Of a stretch of DNA of 64,000 bases, positions 39,929 to 49,826 are shown piece after piece; position 1 is the stretch's first letter, and the number at the start of each line of letters is the position of its first letter. A program made the translations under genes and the position numbers. The notes below the pieces were generated by a model. That model saw only the letters and a list, made by a program, of their open reading frames with translations. It searched no databases and was not told where the DNA came from. This stretch comes from Thermoanaerobaculia bacterium (lineage in GTDB: Bacteria > Acidobacteriota > Thermoanaerobaculia > Multivoradales > Multivoraceae): the NCBI GenBank assembly GCA_963664405.1, contig OY761158.1, positions 3,168,001 through 3,232,000 of the forward strand, given 5' to 3'.

Positions 39929-41122
39929 TCAAGGGGCGGATCCTATTCCCGAAGAGCTCTCGACGCCGTCGCCAAGCGGCAAGTCTCGGAGGAGCTCGGC
40001 CATTCGACTCTGTCGGTCCGCCAGGGAGAACTCCTCGACGACGCGCTGCCGGGCCGCCTGCGCTCGTTGTTTTGAGGCTCCCGGATCCTGCAGTATCTGG
40101 GCGATCGCTTCCTCGAGTGCCTGTGGATCGCCAGGCGGGACCAATAGACCGTGGGATGGGTCACCAATGAGATCTGCTGTACCGCCGACAGCGGTTACGG
40201 CAACCGGGACCTCGAGGGCCATCGCATCGAGTACGGCAAAGGGAAAACCTTCGTAGTCGGAGGCCTGAATGAAGATGTCGAATCCTTGATAAGGCGCGTC
40301 CAGGTCGGTCCGATGACCCAAGAAGCGACACCGGTTCATGACCCCGAGGTGGCGCGCTTCCTCCTCCAGGCCGGCGCTCATCGGACCGGCGCCTGCCATC
40401 ATCAGTATCAGGCTGGGGAAGCGTTTGCACAGCGAGGCGAAGACTCGGAGGATCAGATCCGGGCGTTTTTCTGCCTCGAGCCGCCCGACGGTCCCAAGCA
40501 CCAGCTCCTCGTCGCCAATCCCACAATCTTTGCGAATTCGGGCCCGCACCCCGGCTTCTACTTCAAGAGCCCCGGTATCGACAGCGTTGGGGAGGTAGCG
40601 CACCCTCTTGGTGCTGGCTCCTTGATTCAGCAGCTTCGTGCGGATCGATTTCGAGACCGCGATCACTAAGGCGAAGGAAGTGAGAATCCGCTGGTCCACC
40701 GGATAGTAGAGGAAGCGCTCACGGCGGGTGCGAACGGGCCAGCCATGAGCGGTAGCTACGAGCAGAATGGGCTCGACTCGAGCGAGGAGAAATGCCAGGA
40801 GGTCGGCCTTGTAGTCATGAGAATGGACGATCTGAATGCGACGCTCGCGGATCAATCCGCGCAGACCTTTCAAGGTACGGAGGTCGAGCGCTCGCCGCTC
40901 TTCGAACACGAAGCTCGACAGTCCTTGCTCCTGGGCTCTCGAGTGGGCCCAGAAAGGAGGCGCTCCCTCTCTTCGTAGGAAGCACAGAGTCTCCTCGACG
41001 TGGTGAGTCTCACCTAGCGCAGCGGCGTCCAGAATGGAGCGCTCCGGCCCGCCCCCTTGATCCGAGGCCGACCGCAACTCCAGGACCCTCAGCCTCGCCG
41101 GCTCTGGCGTCCTGATAGACAT
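39929..41122 (-). CDS. Glycosyltransferase family 4
   Basis: GGGPERS, IVHSHDYK, VGRLEAEK, SDYEGFPFAVLDAMA; start uncertain. Confidence 0.88.
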   Translation of the reverse strand: MSIRTPEPARLRVLELRSASDQGGGPERSILDAAALGETHHVEETLCFLRREGAPPFWAHSRAQEQGLSSFVFEERRALDLRTLKGLRGLIRERRIQIVHSHDYKADLLAFLLARVEPILLVATAHGWPVRTRRERFLYYPVDQRILTSFALVIAVSKSIRTKLLNQGASTKRVRYLPNAVDTGALEVEAGVRARIRKDCGIGDEELVLGTVGRLEAEKRPDLILRVFASLCKRFPSLILMMAGAGPMSAGLEEEARHLGVMNRCRFLGHRTDLDAPYQGFDIFIQASDYEGFPFAVLDAMALEVPVAVTAVGGTADLIGDPSHGLLVPPGDPQALEEAIAQILQDPGASKQRAQAARQRVVEEFSLADRQSRMAELLRDLPLGDGVESSSGIGSAP

Positions 41123-41205
41123 CAATTCGGTGATGTTATCTCTACGGCTTGTCGGCGCGTGTAGGATGAGTACAGTTCCGCGTGGATCCGGCTCGCCGGG
41201 ACACC

Positions 41206-42687
41206 ATGGCCGACTCTTCAAATCAAGACCCGGACCTGCGGGGAGCCGCTGTCAGAGGCGTGCTTTGGACGTATGCGGCGGTTGCGACGAGCAAGCTGCT
41301 CGCCCTCGGATCGACCGTCGCTCTCGCCCGCATTCTGATGCGGGAGGAGTTCGGCATCGCCACTTATGCCTTGACTGTGTGCGCCCTCTTCGAGTTCGTT
41401 CGTGGTCTCGGAGTTGGTCAGGCGCTGATCTATCTCCGGCGATCGGAGGAGCGGACCCAGACTGCCTTTTGGCTAACCGCGATCGCGGGCTTCGCGTTTG
41501 GCGGGCTGATGTGGGGGCTGGGACCGGTCGCTGCGGATTTCTTTCGCGACCCCAGAGCCGAGGGTGTGACGCGGGCTCTCGCTCCCTATTTCCCGATTGT
41601 CGGGCTCGGGCTGGTCCTCGACTCTCTACTCCGCAAGGAGCTGCGATTCGGCCGCCGATTCCTGCCGGAGCTCGCTCGCGCCCTGTCCAAGACGGTGGTC
41701 TCGATCGCTCTCGCCCTTTTGGGCTGGGGGTATTGGAGCCTGATAGTGGGCCATCTCGCCGGGGCAGCCGCATTGACTCTCACTTTGTGGGCTGTCGTTC
41801 CCTGGCGCCCTCGTCTTGTCTTCGACAGGGGAGAAGCTCTCGCACTGCTCGGCTACGGAAAAGATATGGTCGTGATCGCGATTCTTGCGACGGTCGCCTA
41901 CCGAGCCGATCACCTGATCGTCGGCCGTTACCTGGGGCCGGCGGCCCTAGGAACCTATGCGGTCGCTGTCCGCTTTCCGGAGTTGCTCGTCGCTCATACC
42001 AGCTCGATGATCTCTTCAGTTCTCTTCCCGGCCTACGCGAAGGTGGAGAGTGCCAGGCAGCGGCTCGGCGAGCTGGCGATCGAGAGCCTACGGATCATCG
42101 CGGCAGCCTTCGTTCCTGTTGCCGTGGGGTTGGCTCTGGTGGCTGAGCCGCTGGTCCTAGGCACCTTCGGAGAAGAGTGGAGTGAGGCGATTCCGCTGTT
42201 GCCCTGGATCGCTCTCTATTGCCTGCTCCCCGCGCTGACTCGACATCTTGGAGACGCCCTGAAGGCCCTGGGGCATACGAAGGTTCTGGTCGGTCTGTCT
42301 GCCCTGTCCGCGACGATCGTGCTCTTGGGGATGCTGGTGGTTGCGAAGTCTGGGGGTGGCTTGGTGGAGATTGCTGCCGTCCTGGCGGGCGGCGCCCTGT
42401 TGCGGAGCGCCCTCGATCTCTGGGTCGCCCGCCATCTCCTCGGAGTTCGCTTCCGGGCAGCCATCGGGGCGATGGCTCCAGTGGCTCTGAGTGCCGCGTC
42501 GATGGCCGCTGTAGTTCTGTTTGTGGGACGTTGGACCGGTGGGCTTGGCGACCTTGGCGAGCTGGTCGCACTCTCGGTAGTGGGGAGCCTGGCCTACATC
42601 GCCTCCTCTCTTCTCTTCCAGCGGCGAGTAGTCGACGACGTGCTTGGCCTCATGCGGCTGGCAATTTCGCGAGACGGCCGAGGGTGA
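41206..42687 (+). CDS. Polysaccharide flippase (WzxC-like, PST family)
   Basis: LARIL..EEFG, ADHLIVGRYLGPAALGTY, about 12 TM segments. Confidence 0.88.
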   Translation: MADSSNQDPDLRGAAVRGVLWTYAAVATSKLLALGSTVALARILMREEFGIATYALTVCALFEFVRGLGVGQALIYLRRSEERTQTAFWLTAIAGFAFGGLMWGLGPVAADFFRDPRAEGVTRALAPYFPIVGLGLVLDSLLRKELRFGRRFLPELARALSKTVVSIALALLGWGYWSLIVGHLAGAAALTLTLWAVVPWRPRLVFDRGEALALLGYGKDMVVIAILATVAYRADHLIVGRYLGPAALGTYAVAVRFPELLVAHTSSMISSVLFPAYAKVESARQRLGELAIESLRIIAAAFVPVAVGLALVAEPLVLGTFGEEWSEAIPLLPWIALYCLLPALTRHLGDALKALGHTKVLVGLSALSATIVLLGMLVVAKSGGGLVEIAAVLAGGALLRSALDLWVARHLLGVRFRAAIGAMAPVALSAASMAAVVLFVGRWTGGLGDLGELVALSVVGSLAYIASSLLFQRRVVDDVLGLMRLAISRDGRG

Positions 42688-42784
42688 GGATCGCCATCTG
42701 GATAACATTGCGCGGAGGACGGTGTAGCCGAAGTACCTGAGGCACCGGCGATGCGAACCCGCTGCCGACAAAGGGGGAGTGGTC

Positions 42785-44173
42785 ATGGGCATTCCGACGA
42801 GGACGGAAATAGATAGCTTGGGAGAGATCGAGGTTCCCGCCGATCGACTCTGGGGTGCCCAGACCGAGCGTTCGCTTCGTAGCTTCAAGATCTCCGATGA
42901 GCGGGTTCCGGCGGCCCTGATCGTCGCCCTTGCTCTAGTGAAGAAGGTGGCGGCCCGGGTCAATCACGATCTCGGTCTTCTCGAGTCGGAAAAGGCCGAT
43001 GCGATCTGTGTCGCCGCCGACGAAGTGCTGGCCGGCGGTCTGGAGGATGAGTTCCCACTCCTCGTTTGGCAGACGGGAAGTGGCACCCAGACCCATATGA
43101 ACATGAATGAGGTGCTGGCGAATCGCGCCAGTGAGATCCTCGGCGGCGAACGGGGTCGCGACCGGCTCGTCCACCCCAACGATGACGTCAACAAGGGTCA
43201 ATCAACCAACGACATTTTCCCCACTGCCATGCATGTGGCTGCGGTGGACGCCGTTTCGAATCGGGTCCTGCCAGCCGTCGAGCGTCTCCGCGACACACTT
43301 GAAGAGAAGTCGCGCGACTTTGCTGACCTGGTCAAGATCGGCCGCACTCATCTCCAGGACGCCATCCCGCTCACTCTCGGTCAAGAGATCTCGGGCTATG
43401 CCGCCCAGCTTGGTGATGGCGCGAAACATGTGGTGAGCTCCCTCGATCATCTGCGAGAGCTCGCCGTGGGTGGCACCGCGGTCGGTACTGGCCTCAACAC
43501 CCACCCTGCCTTCGGAGAGCGCGTCGCGCGCGGCCTGACGGAGATCACCGGCTTCGCTTTCGTGACCTCGCCGAACAAGTTCGCGGCGCTAGGCGGCCGC
43601 GACGCGATCGTCCACACTCATGGCTCGCTCAAGGGTGTGGCGGTTTCTCTGATGAAGATCGCTAACGACATCCGTTGGCTCGCCTCCGGCCCCCGCAGTG
43701 GACTTGGCGAGATCACCATCCCGGCGAATGAGCCGGGAAGCTCCATCATGCCAGGCAAGGTCAACCCAACGCAGGCAGAGGCGGTGACGATGCTGTGTTG
43801 TCAGGTCTTCGGCAACGACGTAGCGATCACGGTCGGAGGGGCCTCCGGCAATCTCGAGCTCAACGTGTTCAAGCCTCTCTTGATCCACGGCTTCCTGCAG
43901 AGCTGTCGTCTTCTCAGCGACGGCTGCGACAGCTTCGAGAGCAAGTGCGTCAGGGGCATGGAGCCACGCCGGGAGCGTATTCGAGCCAACCTCGAGCGCT
44001 CTCTGATGCTGGTGACGGCACTCAATCCTCACATTGGCTACGACAACGCCGCGAAGATTGCGAAGAAGGCCTATGCCGACGACATCACCTTGCGGGAGGC
44101 GGCGATCGAGCTCGGGCTGGTCACCGCGGAACAATTCGACCAGTGGGTCCAGGCGGAGAAGATGGTCCGCTGA
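42785..44173 (+). CDS. fumC: Class II fumarate hydratase
   Basis: [37 protein letters not shown]. Confidence 0.96.
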   Translation: MGIPTRTEIDSLGEIEVPADRLWGAQTERSLRSFKISDERVPAALIVALALVKKVAARVNHDLGLLESEKADAICVAADEVLAGGLEDEFPLLVWQTGSGTQTHMNMNEVLANRASEILGGERGRDRLVHPNDDVNKGQSTNDIFPTAMHVAAVDAVSNRVLPAVERLRDTLEEKSRDFADLVKIGRTHLQDAIPLTLGQEISGYAAQLGDGAKHVVSSLDHLRELAVGGTAVGTGLNTHPAFGERVARGLTEITGFAFVTSPNKFAALGGRDAIVHTHGSLKGVAVSLMKIANDIRWLASGPRSGLGEITIPANEPGSSIMPGKVNPTQAEAVTMLCCQVFGNDVAITVGGASGNLELNVFKPLLIHGFLQSCRLLSDGCDSFESKCVRGMEPRRERIRANLERSLMLVTALNPHIGYDNAAKIAKKAYADDITLREAAIELGLVTAEQFDQWVQAEKMVR

Positions 44174-44202
44174 CGCGTCGCCGGAGCGAAGCGACCCCGG
44201 CC

Positions 44203-44369
44203 CTAGTACATGCGGCCATAAGTACGGGTACGTTTCGAGCGACGAAGCGCCTCGCCAGCAAGGCGCGTGACTGAGGCGTACCTGGCAGTACGCCGCAGGG
44301 AGCGCAACGCTGCTGGAGAGGATGCAGCGTCGCTCCAAACGTGTCCGTATTTATGGCCGCGTGTACTAG
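44203..44369. mobile_element. 167-bp palindromic MITE-like element bounded by CTAG on both ends
   Basis: Arms CTAGTACATGCGGCCATAAGTACGG / CCGTATTTATGGCCGCGTGTACTAG; central GGCGTAC-GTACGCC hairpin. Confidence 0.8.
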
Positions 44370-46720
44370 TTGGCCAGGCCGGTTTGGGGAGGTGTGTCCA
44401 AGGGGAAGGGGGCAATGCTGTCCTTTCGCTGTTCCAGCTCGAAGTCCTCCCATCGTTTCGGCTTGCCTAGGAAGAACCCCTGGGCGAGGTCGCAGCCCTG
44501 CTCGCGCAGCCAAGTCAGTTGCTCGTAGGTCTCGACCCCCTCTGCCACGACTTTCAGCCCCATGCTGTTTGCGATCATGATGACGGCTCGGATGATCGCC
44601 GCATCTTCCACTCGCCGGTCGATGCCGGCAATGAGGTACCGGTCGAGTTTGAGCATGCTGAGCGGGAAGTGACGGAGATAGGCGAGGGCGGAGTACCCGG
44701 TTCCGAAGTCGTCGGCCGCGATGCGCACGCCGAGTTGCCGGAGCTTTACCAGGATGGGCCTCGCTCTCTCGGGCACGGCGAGAGCACGCTCTGTGATCTC
44801 GATGATGAGCTTGGAGGGATCGACGCCGCTGTGCAACAGAGCCCGTTGTACCTGATCCGGCAGCTCGGGGTCGAGAACGCTGGCGGGGGACAGGTTGATC
44901 GAGAGCGAGAAAGGCCCGGACGAGGCCTCTATGAGCACATGCTCCAGGACGTAGCGGTCCAAATCTCTGGCGAGGTCGCTCTCCTCGGCCATGGCTAGAA
45001 ATGCAGACGGGTGGGTGAGCCCACGGATTGGGTGCTCCCAGCGGATCAAAGCCTCCACCGCCACGGTTTCGCCGGTGGCCAGGTCGACGAATGGCTGATA
45101 TTTGAACATCAGCTCTTCGTTACGCAGCGCTTCGCGGAGCTCGCCCTCGAGACGTATCTGGCCCTGGGCGTGGTTGTCCTGATCGGCATCGTAGAAGCTG
45201 ATGCGTCTCGAACGGTGTTTGGCTTGGTACATCGCGACGTCGGCGCGTGCCAGCAGATCCTCGACGCTGTCACTCACCTGACGCGTCATCGCAATGCCGA
45301 GGCTGGCATCGAGGTCGAGGCTGACATCACGAACTTCGAAGGCCTGCTGCCGCAAGACTTCTAGAAGCCGGTCCGCGGCCTCACGCGCCGTTGTTCGGTT
45401 GCAGTCCTGGATCAACAGGGCGAACTCGTCGCCGCCGACACGGGCGAGGGTGTCCTCTTTTCGCACGCCCCCGGCGAGGCGGGTTGCCACGAGCTGCAGT
45501 ACCAGATCACCAGCTGCGTGTCCGTGAGCGTCGTTCACGGTCTTGAAACCGTCGAGGTCGAGGAAGATCACGGCGACGCGCCAATGTCTCCGACGGGCGA
45601 GCGCCAAGGCTCTTTCGGCGTCGTCGTGGAGGGCCCGACGGTTGGGGAGACCGGTCAGGAAGTCTCGATAGGCCATCTCCTCGACCCGACGTTGGTAGGC
45701 GTTGCGTTCGGTTACGTCTCGCCCGATGACGACACCGCCGCATGTCTTTCCTCGGCTGTCTCGAAGGTTCAGGCCCTGGAACTCGAGGTCTCGGTTCTCG
45801 CCGTTTCGCTCGACAGTGAAGAGGCTCAGGTCCTCATTGCCGTGTTGGACCGACTCGAAGGTCCTATGCCAAGGGAAGTAGACCTCCGCGGCCGGTCTAC
45901 CGAGAACCTCGCTTTCCGTCTTTTCGATGCCGGCGAGGGCTGTGCGATTGATCATTGTGACCTGTCCGTCGGCATCGAGGACCACGACACTGTCCGCCAT
46001 GGCCTGAAAGACGGCTTCGTAGGCAACCGGAGTGAAGTCCAGCAGGCGATGGGAGAAAAGACCCCATGCGATCAGGACGTTGGCGATGCCCAAGCCGAGG
46101 GGCATGGCATCAACCCCGTAGATGGGGCCTCCGGCCAAGATCTGGACGATACTCACGCTCAGCGGGATAATCGCGGCCGCGATGAGCGCCCTACCTTGTC
46201 GTCTCTGCAGAGACTCGGTACGAAAGCAGTGACGAAGGAGAAGCACAAAGCCGGTGAGAGTCAGAATCCAACTGTAGGGCAGGACGACGTTGCTGGACCA
46301 GAAGCTGCGCGCAGCGGCATGGTCGACGAGGTCAGCAACCTCCAGATCCCACAGTAGTCCGTGTAGCCGATTCGTTGCCGCCATGCCTAGTGAGACGGCC
46401 GGAACGATCGAGAGCGCGACGGCCCAGCGCCTGAGGCGAGCCTTGCCGGTGAAAGCGAGGGCGAAGAGCAGCCAAAGAGGCGGAAGCGGAAGAGCTACGA
46501 GAAGGCTGGCTTGAGACCAGAGCACCTTGGCCGCGTAGCCCGACGTGAGGGCATCGAACGAGGCGACAGTGAGCCAGAGACAGAGACCGAACTGCAGCGG
46601 TTGGAAGTAGGCGGCGCCGGGGGTTTCGATATGCAGCCGCGCGTATACGGCTAACGCGAGCGCAGCTGTCGCTGCGAGAAGCAGAGGAAAGACTATTAGT
46701 TCCATCGGCTCAGTACCCAT
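44366..46720 (-). CDS. Membrane (7TM)-PAS-GGDEF-EAL diguanylate cyclase/phosphodiesterase
   Basis: Hydrophobic N-terminal region, PAS, DFLTGLPNR, GGDEF, EAL, DDFGTGYS, AEGVE all intact. Confidence 0.92.
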   Translation of the reverse strand: MGTEPMELIVFPLLLAATAALALAVYARLHIETPGAAYFQPLQFGLCLWLTVASFDALTSGYAAKVLWSQASLLVALPLPPLWLLFALAFTGKARLRRWAVALSIVPAVSLGMAATNRLHGLLWDLEVADLVDHAAARSFWSSNVVLPYSWILTLTGFVLLLRHCFRTESLQRRQGRALIAAAIIPLSVSIVQILAGGPIYGVDAMPLGLGIANVLIAWGLFSHRLLDFTPVAYEAVFQAMADSVVVLDADGQVTMINRTALAGIEKTESEVLGRPAAEVYFPWHRTFESVQHGNEDLSLFTVERNGENRDLEFQGLNLRDSRGKTCGGVVIGRDVTERNAYQRRVEEMAYRDFLTGLPNRRALHDDAERALALARRRHWRVAVIFLDLDGFKTVNDAHGHAAGDLVLQLVATRLAGGVRKEDTLARVGGDEFALLIQDCNRTTAREAADRLLEVLRQQAFEVRDVSLDLDASLGIAMTRQVSDSVEDLLARADVAMYQAKHRSRRISFYDADQDNHAQGQIRLEGELREALRNEELMFKYQPFVDLATGETVAVEALIRWEHPIRGLTHPSAFLAMAEESDLARDLDRYVLEHVLIEASSGPFSLSINLSPASVLDPELPDQVQRALLHSGVDPSKLIIEITERALAVPERARPILVKLRQLGVRIAADDFGTGYSALAYLRHFPLSMLKLDRYLIAGIDRRVEDAAIIRAVIMIANSMGLKVVAEGVETYEQLTWLREQGCDLAQGFFLGKPKRWEDFELEQRKDSIAPFPLDTPPQTGLAN

Positions 46721-46876
46721 CCCCGAGCGAGCCGCGCAGTCAAAACCAACTGAACGTTGAGCTTAACCCAAACCTGGCGCTTGCGGAAGGCAGGGGCTCA
46801 TCGTCGCCGGTCTCAGTCTTGCCGTGGCTCGGGAGACCGGCTAGGGTCGAGGGCCTCAGAGGAGGGAGCGTCGGCG

Positions 46877-47971
46877 ATGGCCATCAGCTACAGCGAGTCC
46901 GCATGGAAGATTCGCAGCGACCTTGCGGAGTGCCACGAGAGCTACTGGGCTCGCCTTGCGTCTCCGGGCTCATGGTGGACGGGTGCACAACGCGTTGCGC
47001 TCGCCGCAGAGGTGAGAGCGGCGGGCGAGTGCAGCCTCTGCGGGAGACGCAAACAGGCCCTTTCACCGTATGGCATCGAGGGCGAGCACGATCGAGCTTC
47101 GAAAGAGCTTCCGGCGCTCGCGGTCGACGTTGCCCATCGCATCACCACCGACGCGAGTCGCTTGACTCGAGAGTGGTTTGACAGGGTTCTCGAGCAGGGT
47201 CTCAGCGCCGAGCGCTATGTCGAGATCGTGGGCACGGTCGTAGCGGTGGTCAGTATCGACAGCTTCTGCAGGGCGATAGGAGTCCCCCTCCATGCCCTGC
47301 CCGAGCCCCGTGGTGGCGAGCCGAACCGATATCGCCCTGCGAGCGCGAGCCAGGAAGAGGCGTGGGTACCGGTAGTCCCGGCGGACAACACCGGCACGCC
47401 GGAGGCCGACCTCTGGCCCGCCAAGCGAACCGGATGGGTCGTTCGTGCGATGAGTCTCGTGCCTGACGAGGTTCGTACGCTTGCCGATCTCAGCGCGGCG
47501 CACTATCTTCCTCACAGCGCTGTCATCGATCCTCGAGCCTCCCGAGGAGCTCTGAGTCGTGCCCAGATCGAGCTCATCGCCGGCCGGGTATCGGCCCTCA
47601 ACGAGTGCTTCTACTGAACGAGCGCTCATGCAGCTCTGCTCCGTGCGAGCAGCCAGGACACCGAAGATGCAGTCGATCTACTTTCCGTCACCGAGCAGGG
47701 GCGGTCGAGTGGCGTCTCTCATGGTGACGCCTTGGTGACTTTTGCCGAGGAAGTCGTGCTAGGGAGTGACGAGGCCCTTGCGAGCTCACGTCGGCGGCTG
47801 GTGGAAGAGATGAGTGCCGAGGCGATGGTGGATGCGGCGGCGGTGGCGTCGAACTTTCAGCGCATGGTGCGGATCGCCGACTCCACCGGCATTCCTCTCG
47901 GCGGAGGGCTGGATACCTTCTCCAAAGAGGTGCAGAAAGAGCTCGGGCTCGAGCGCTTTCAGAGCCACTGA
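46877..47971 (+). CDS. AhpD-related alkylhydroperoxidase-like selenoprotein (Sec at TGA 47615-47617), 364 aa
   Basis: LSRAQIELIAGRVSALNECFY-TGA-TSAHAALLRAS reads through in frame into the 47732 ORF; CxxU aligns to the AhpD CxYCxxxH motif; hairpin downstream of TGA. Confidence 0.85.
47636..47652 (+). promoter_or_regulatory. Bacterial SECIS-like hairpin
   Basis: CTGCTC-cgtgc-GAGCAG perfect 6-bp stem; loop starts 24 nt after UGA with G at position 2 followed by U. Confidence 0.7.
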
Positions 47972-48212
47972 GGCCGCTCTCAGCGGGCGTCGTCCTCGCT
48001 CAGGCCGGCTGCCGATAGGGCCTTGCGGGGTTCTCGAGGTCGGCGATGGAGGGAGCGGTGAGCACCGAGCCGCCACCGATATCGTGGAGGTGGCGCACCA
48101 CCATGTTGTAGTTGGCGGCGCCGTGATACTTGCCGGCGTTGATGTAGAGCTCGTCAGGGAAGGGAGGTGGGGTGGGCGGCTGCGATCGCCCTTGGCGTCG
48201 GTGATGCACTGG

Positions 48213-48280
48213 GCGCGCCTTGATCTCGACCCCGAATGACTCACTCAGCCACTAAACGTTCGAGTGTTACGGTCCACTAG
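48213..48280. mobile_element. Half copy of the 24533-24700 element
   Basis: 68 bp matching 24633-24700 with one mismatch, ending in CTAG. Confidence 0.8.
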
Positions 48281-48312
48281 GACTAGTACTAGTGCTAGTC
48301 GACATTGAATTC

Positions 48313-49665
48313 CTAACGCATCACAGCCATGGGTGCCTCGATCTCGTCGAGATAGGCGGCCAATTGTGCCTGCAAGCGCATGGCGACTTCGGGATTCTCT
48401 TTGCTGAGGTCCGTGGTTTCACCGATGTCGCTCGACAGATCGAAGAGCTTGGCCTCCTGGGACTCGTAGAGGACGACGAGCTTCCAGTCTCCCGACCGAA
48501 TCGCCGATGAAGGTTTACTCCCTTTGTCGACCTGGTAGTGCGGGAAGTGCCAGGACAACTCTTCATGCCAACGCTGCACCTGGCCGCGGCCGCCGTTCGC
48601 CAGTAGACCGCTCAGGCTTCCTCCTTCGATCCGTGCGGGCAACTCCGCCTGGATCCCAAGCAACTCGGCAATCGTCGGAAAGAAGTCCATTCCCGTGACC
48701 GGGACACGGCTGACCGATCCTGGCTCGATTCCGGGACCTCGCACCAGTAGAGGCACGCGTATGCCGCCTTCCCACAGCGAAGCCTTCTGGCCGCGGAGCG
48801 GCGCGTTGCTCATGACCGGAGTGGGCCCGGCGTCGTGATAGGAGCCGTTGTCGGAGGTGGAGATGACGGTTGTCGTGTCCGTCAGCCCGAGGTCGTCGAG
48901 CGCTTTGAGTAGTCGGCCGATGCCGTCGTCGGTCTCGTGAGTCATCGCCGCGTGGGCGGCATGGTTGTGGCGCGTCCCTTTCGGCTTCCCCTCGAACTCT
49001 TCGATCGTTTCTTCGAAGGCGAAAATACCCAAATGCACCGCGTAGTAGGAAACCTGCAAGAAGAAGGGCTCGTTCGCCCTCTTGCGGTGGGATAGGAAGT
49101 CGATCGCTCGGGTGGTGATGCTGACGGTACGTTTCGGGTCCGGGTCAGGCGAGTTGCCCTCGATGTTTCCGGTCGTGCCACCGTGCTCGTCGTAGCCGTG
49201 CTTTCCAGGGCCGCCGCCGCCGAGGTGCCACTTACCGAAGTGCCCGGTCACGGTGCCGGGCCGATGCTCCTTGATCAGTTCCGCGATCGTCACTTCGGCA
49301 TGCGGAATGTGGTCGATGTGCTGCGGCGGGATCATCGGCAGACCTTCGTAATAGCGCCCGCTGCCGCGATTGATGATGTCGGTCATGTTCAGATGCGCCG
49401 GCGACTTGCTGGTCTGGATCGCCAATCGTGTCGGCGAGCAGTTCGGGTGCGGTGCATAGGCATCGGTGAAACGCATGCCCTGGCTGGCGAGCCGCTCCAA
49501 ATTGGGGGTTTCGTAATAATCCGACCGCGAGTCACCCATCTCTGGATTCAGTTGAACCGAGGTGCCGACCCAGCTCATGTCGTCGGCGAGAATGAGCACC
49601 ACATTCGGCGCGGCGAGTGCTCGAAGCGAGAAAAGGAGGAGAAGCGGAAGGATTCGGAATGACAT
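48313..49665 (-). CDS. Secreted sulfatase (formylglycine-dependent)
   Basis: Signal peptide, PNVVLILADD, CSPTR (CxPxR), GKWHLG, SDNG, WEGGIRVP. Confidence 0.92.
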   Translation of the reverse strand: MSFRILPLLLLFSLRALAAPNVVLILADDMSWVGTSVQLNPEMGDSRSDYYETPNLERLASQGMRFTDAYAPHPNCSPTRLAIQTSKSPAHLNMTDIINRGSGRYYEGLPMIPPQHIDHIPHAEVTIAELIKEHRPGTVTGHFGKWHLGGGGPGKHGYDEHGGTTGNIEGNSPDPDPKRTVSITTRAIDFLSHRKRANEPFFLQVSYYAVHLGIFAFEETIEEFEGKPKGTRHNHAAHAAMTHETDDGIGRLLKALDDLGLTDTTTVISTSDNGSYHDAGPTPVMSNAPLRGQKASLWEGGIRVPLLVRGPGIEPGSVSRVPVTGMDFFPTIAELLGIQAELPARIEGGSLSGLLANGGRGQVQRWHEELSWHFPHYQVDKGSKPSSAIRSGDWKLVVLYESQEAKLFDLSSDIGETTDLSKENPEVAMRLQAQLAAYLDEIEAPMAVMR

Positions 49666-49826
49666 GTTCGAGATTGTCTCGTGGTCGGCCGCTAGACGGC
49701 AACAGCTTGCGCTGGAGGCTCAGGGTCTCGGTGCAACCGTCTCACCCACTGGTGGCAGCACTCTTTTTGAACCCAATCTTCATCGACCTGTTCGTCTCTG
49801 GTTCACTGAGCCTATAAGCTCGACTC

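Noticed and set aside
47732-47971. Independent 79-aa gene
   Set aside because: In frame with the upstream AhpD-like ORF and better explained as the post-UGA part of a selenoprotein
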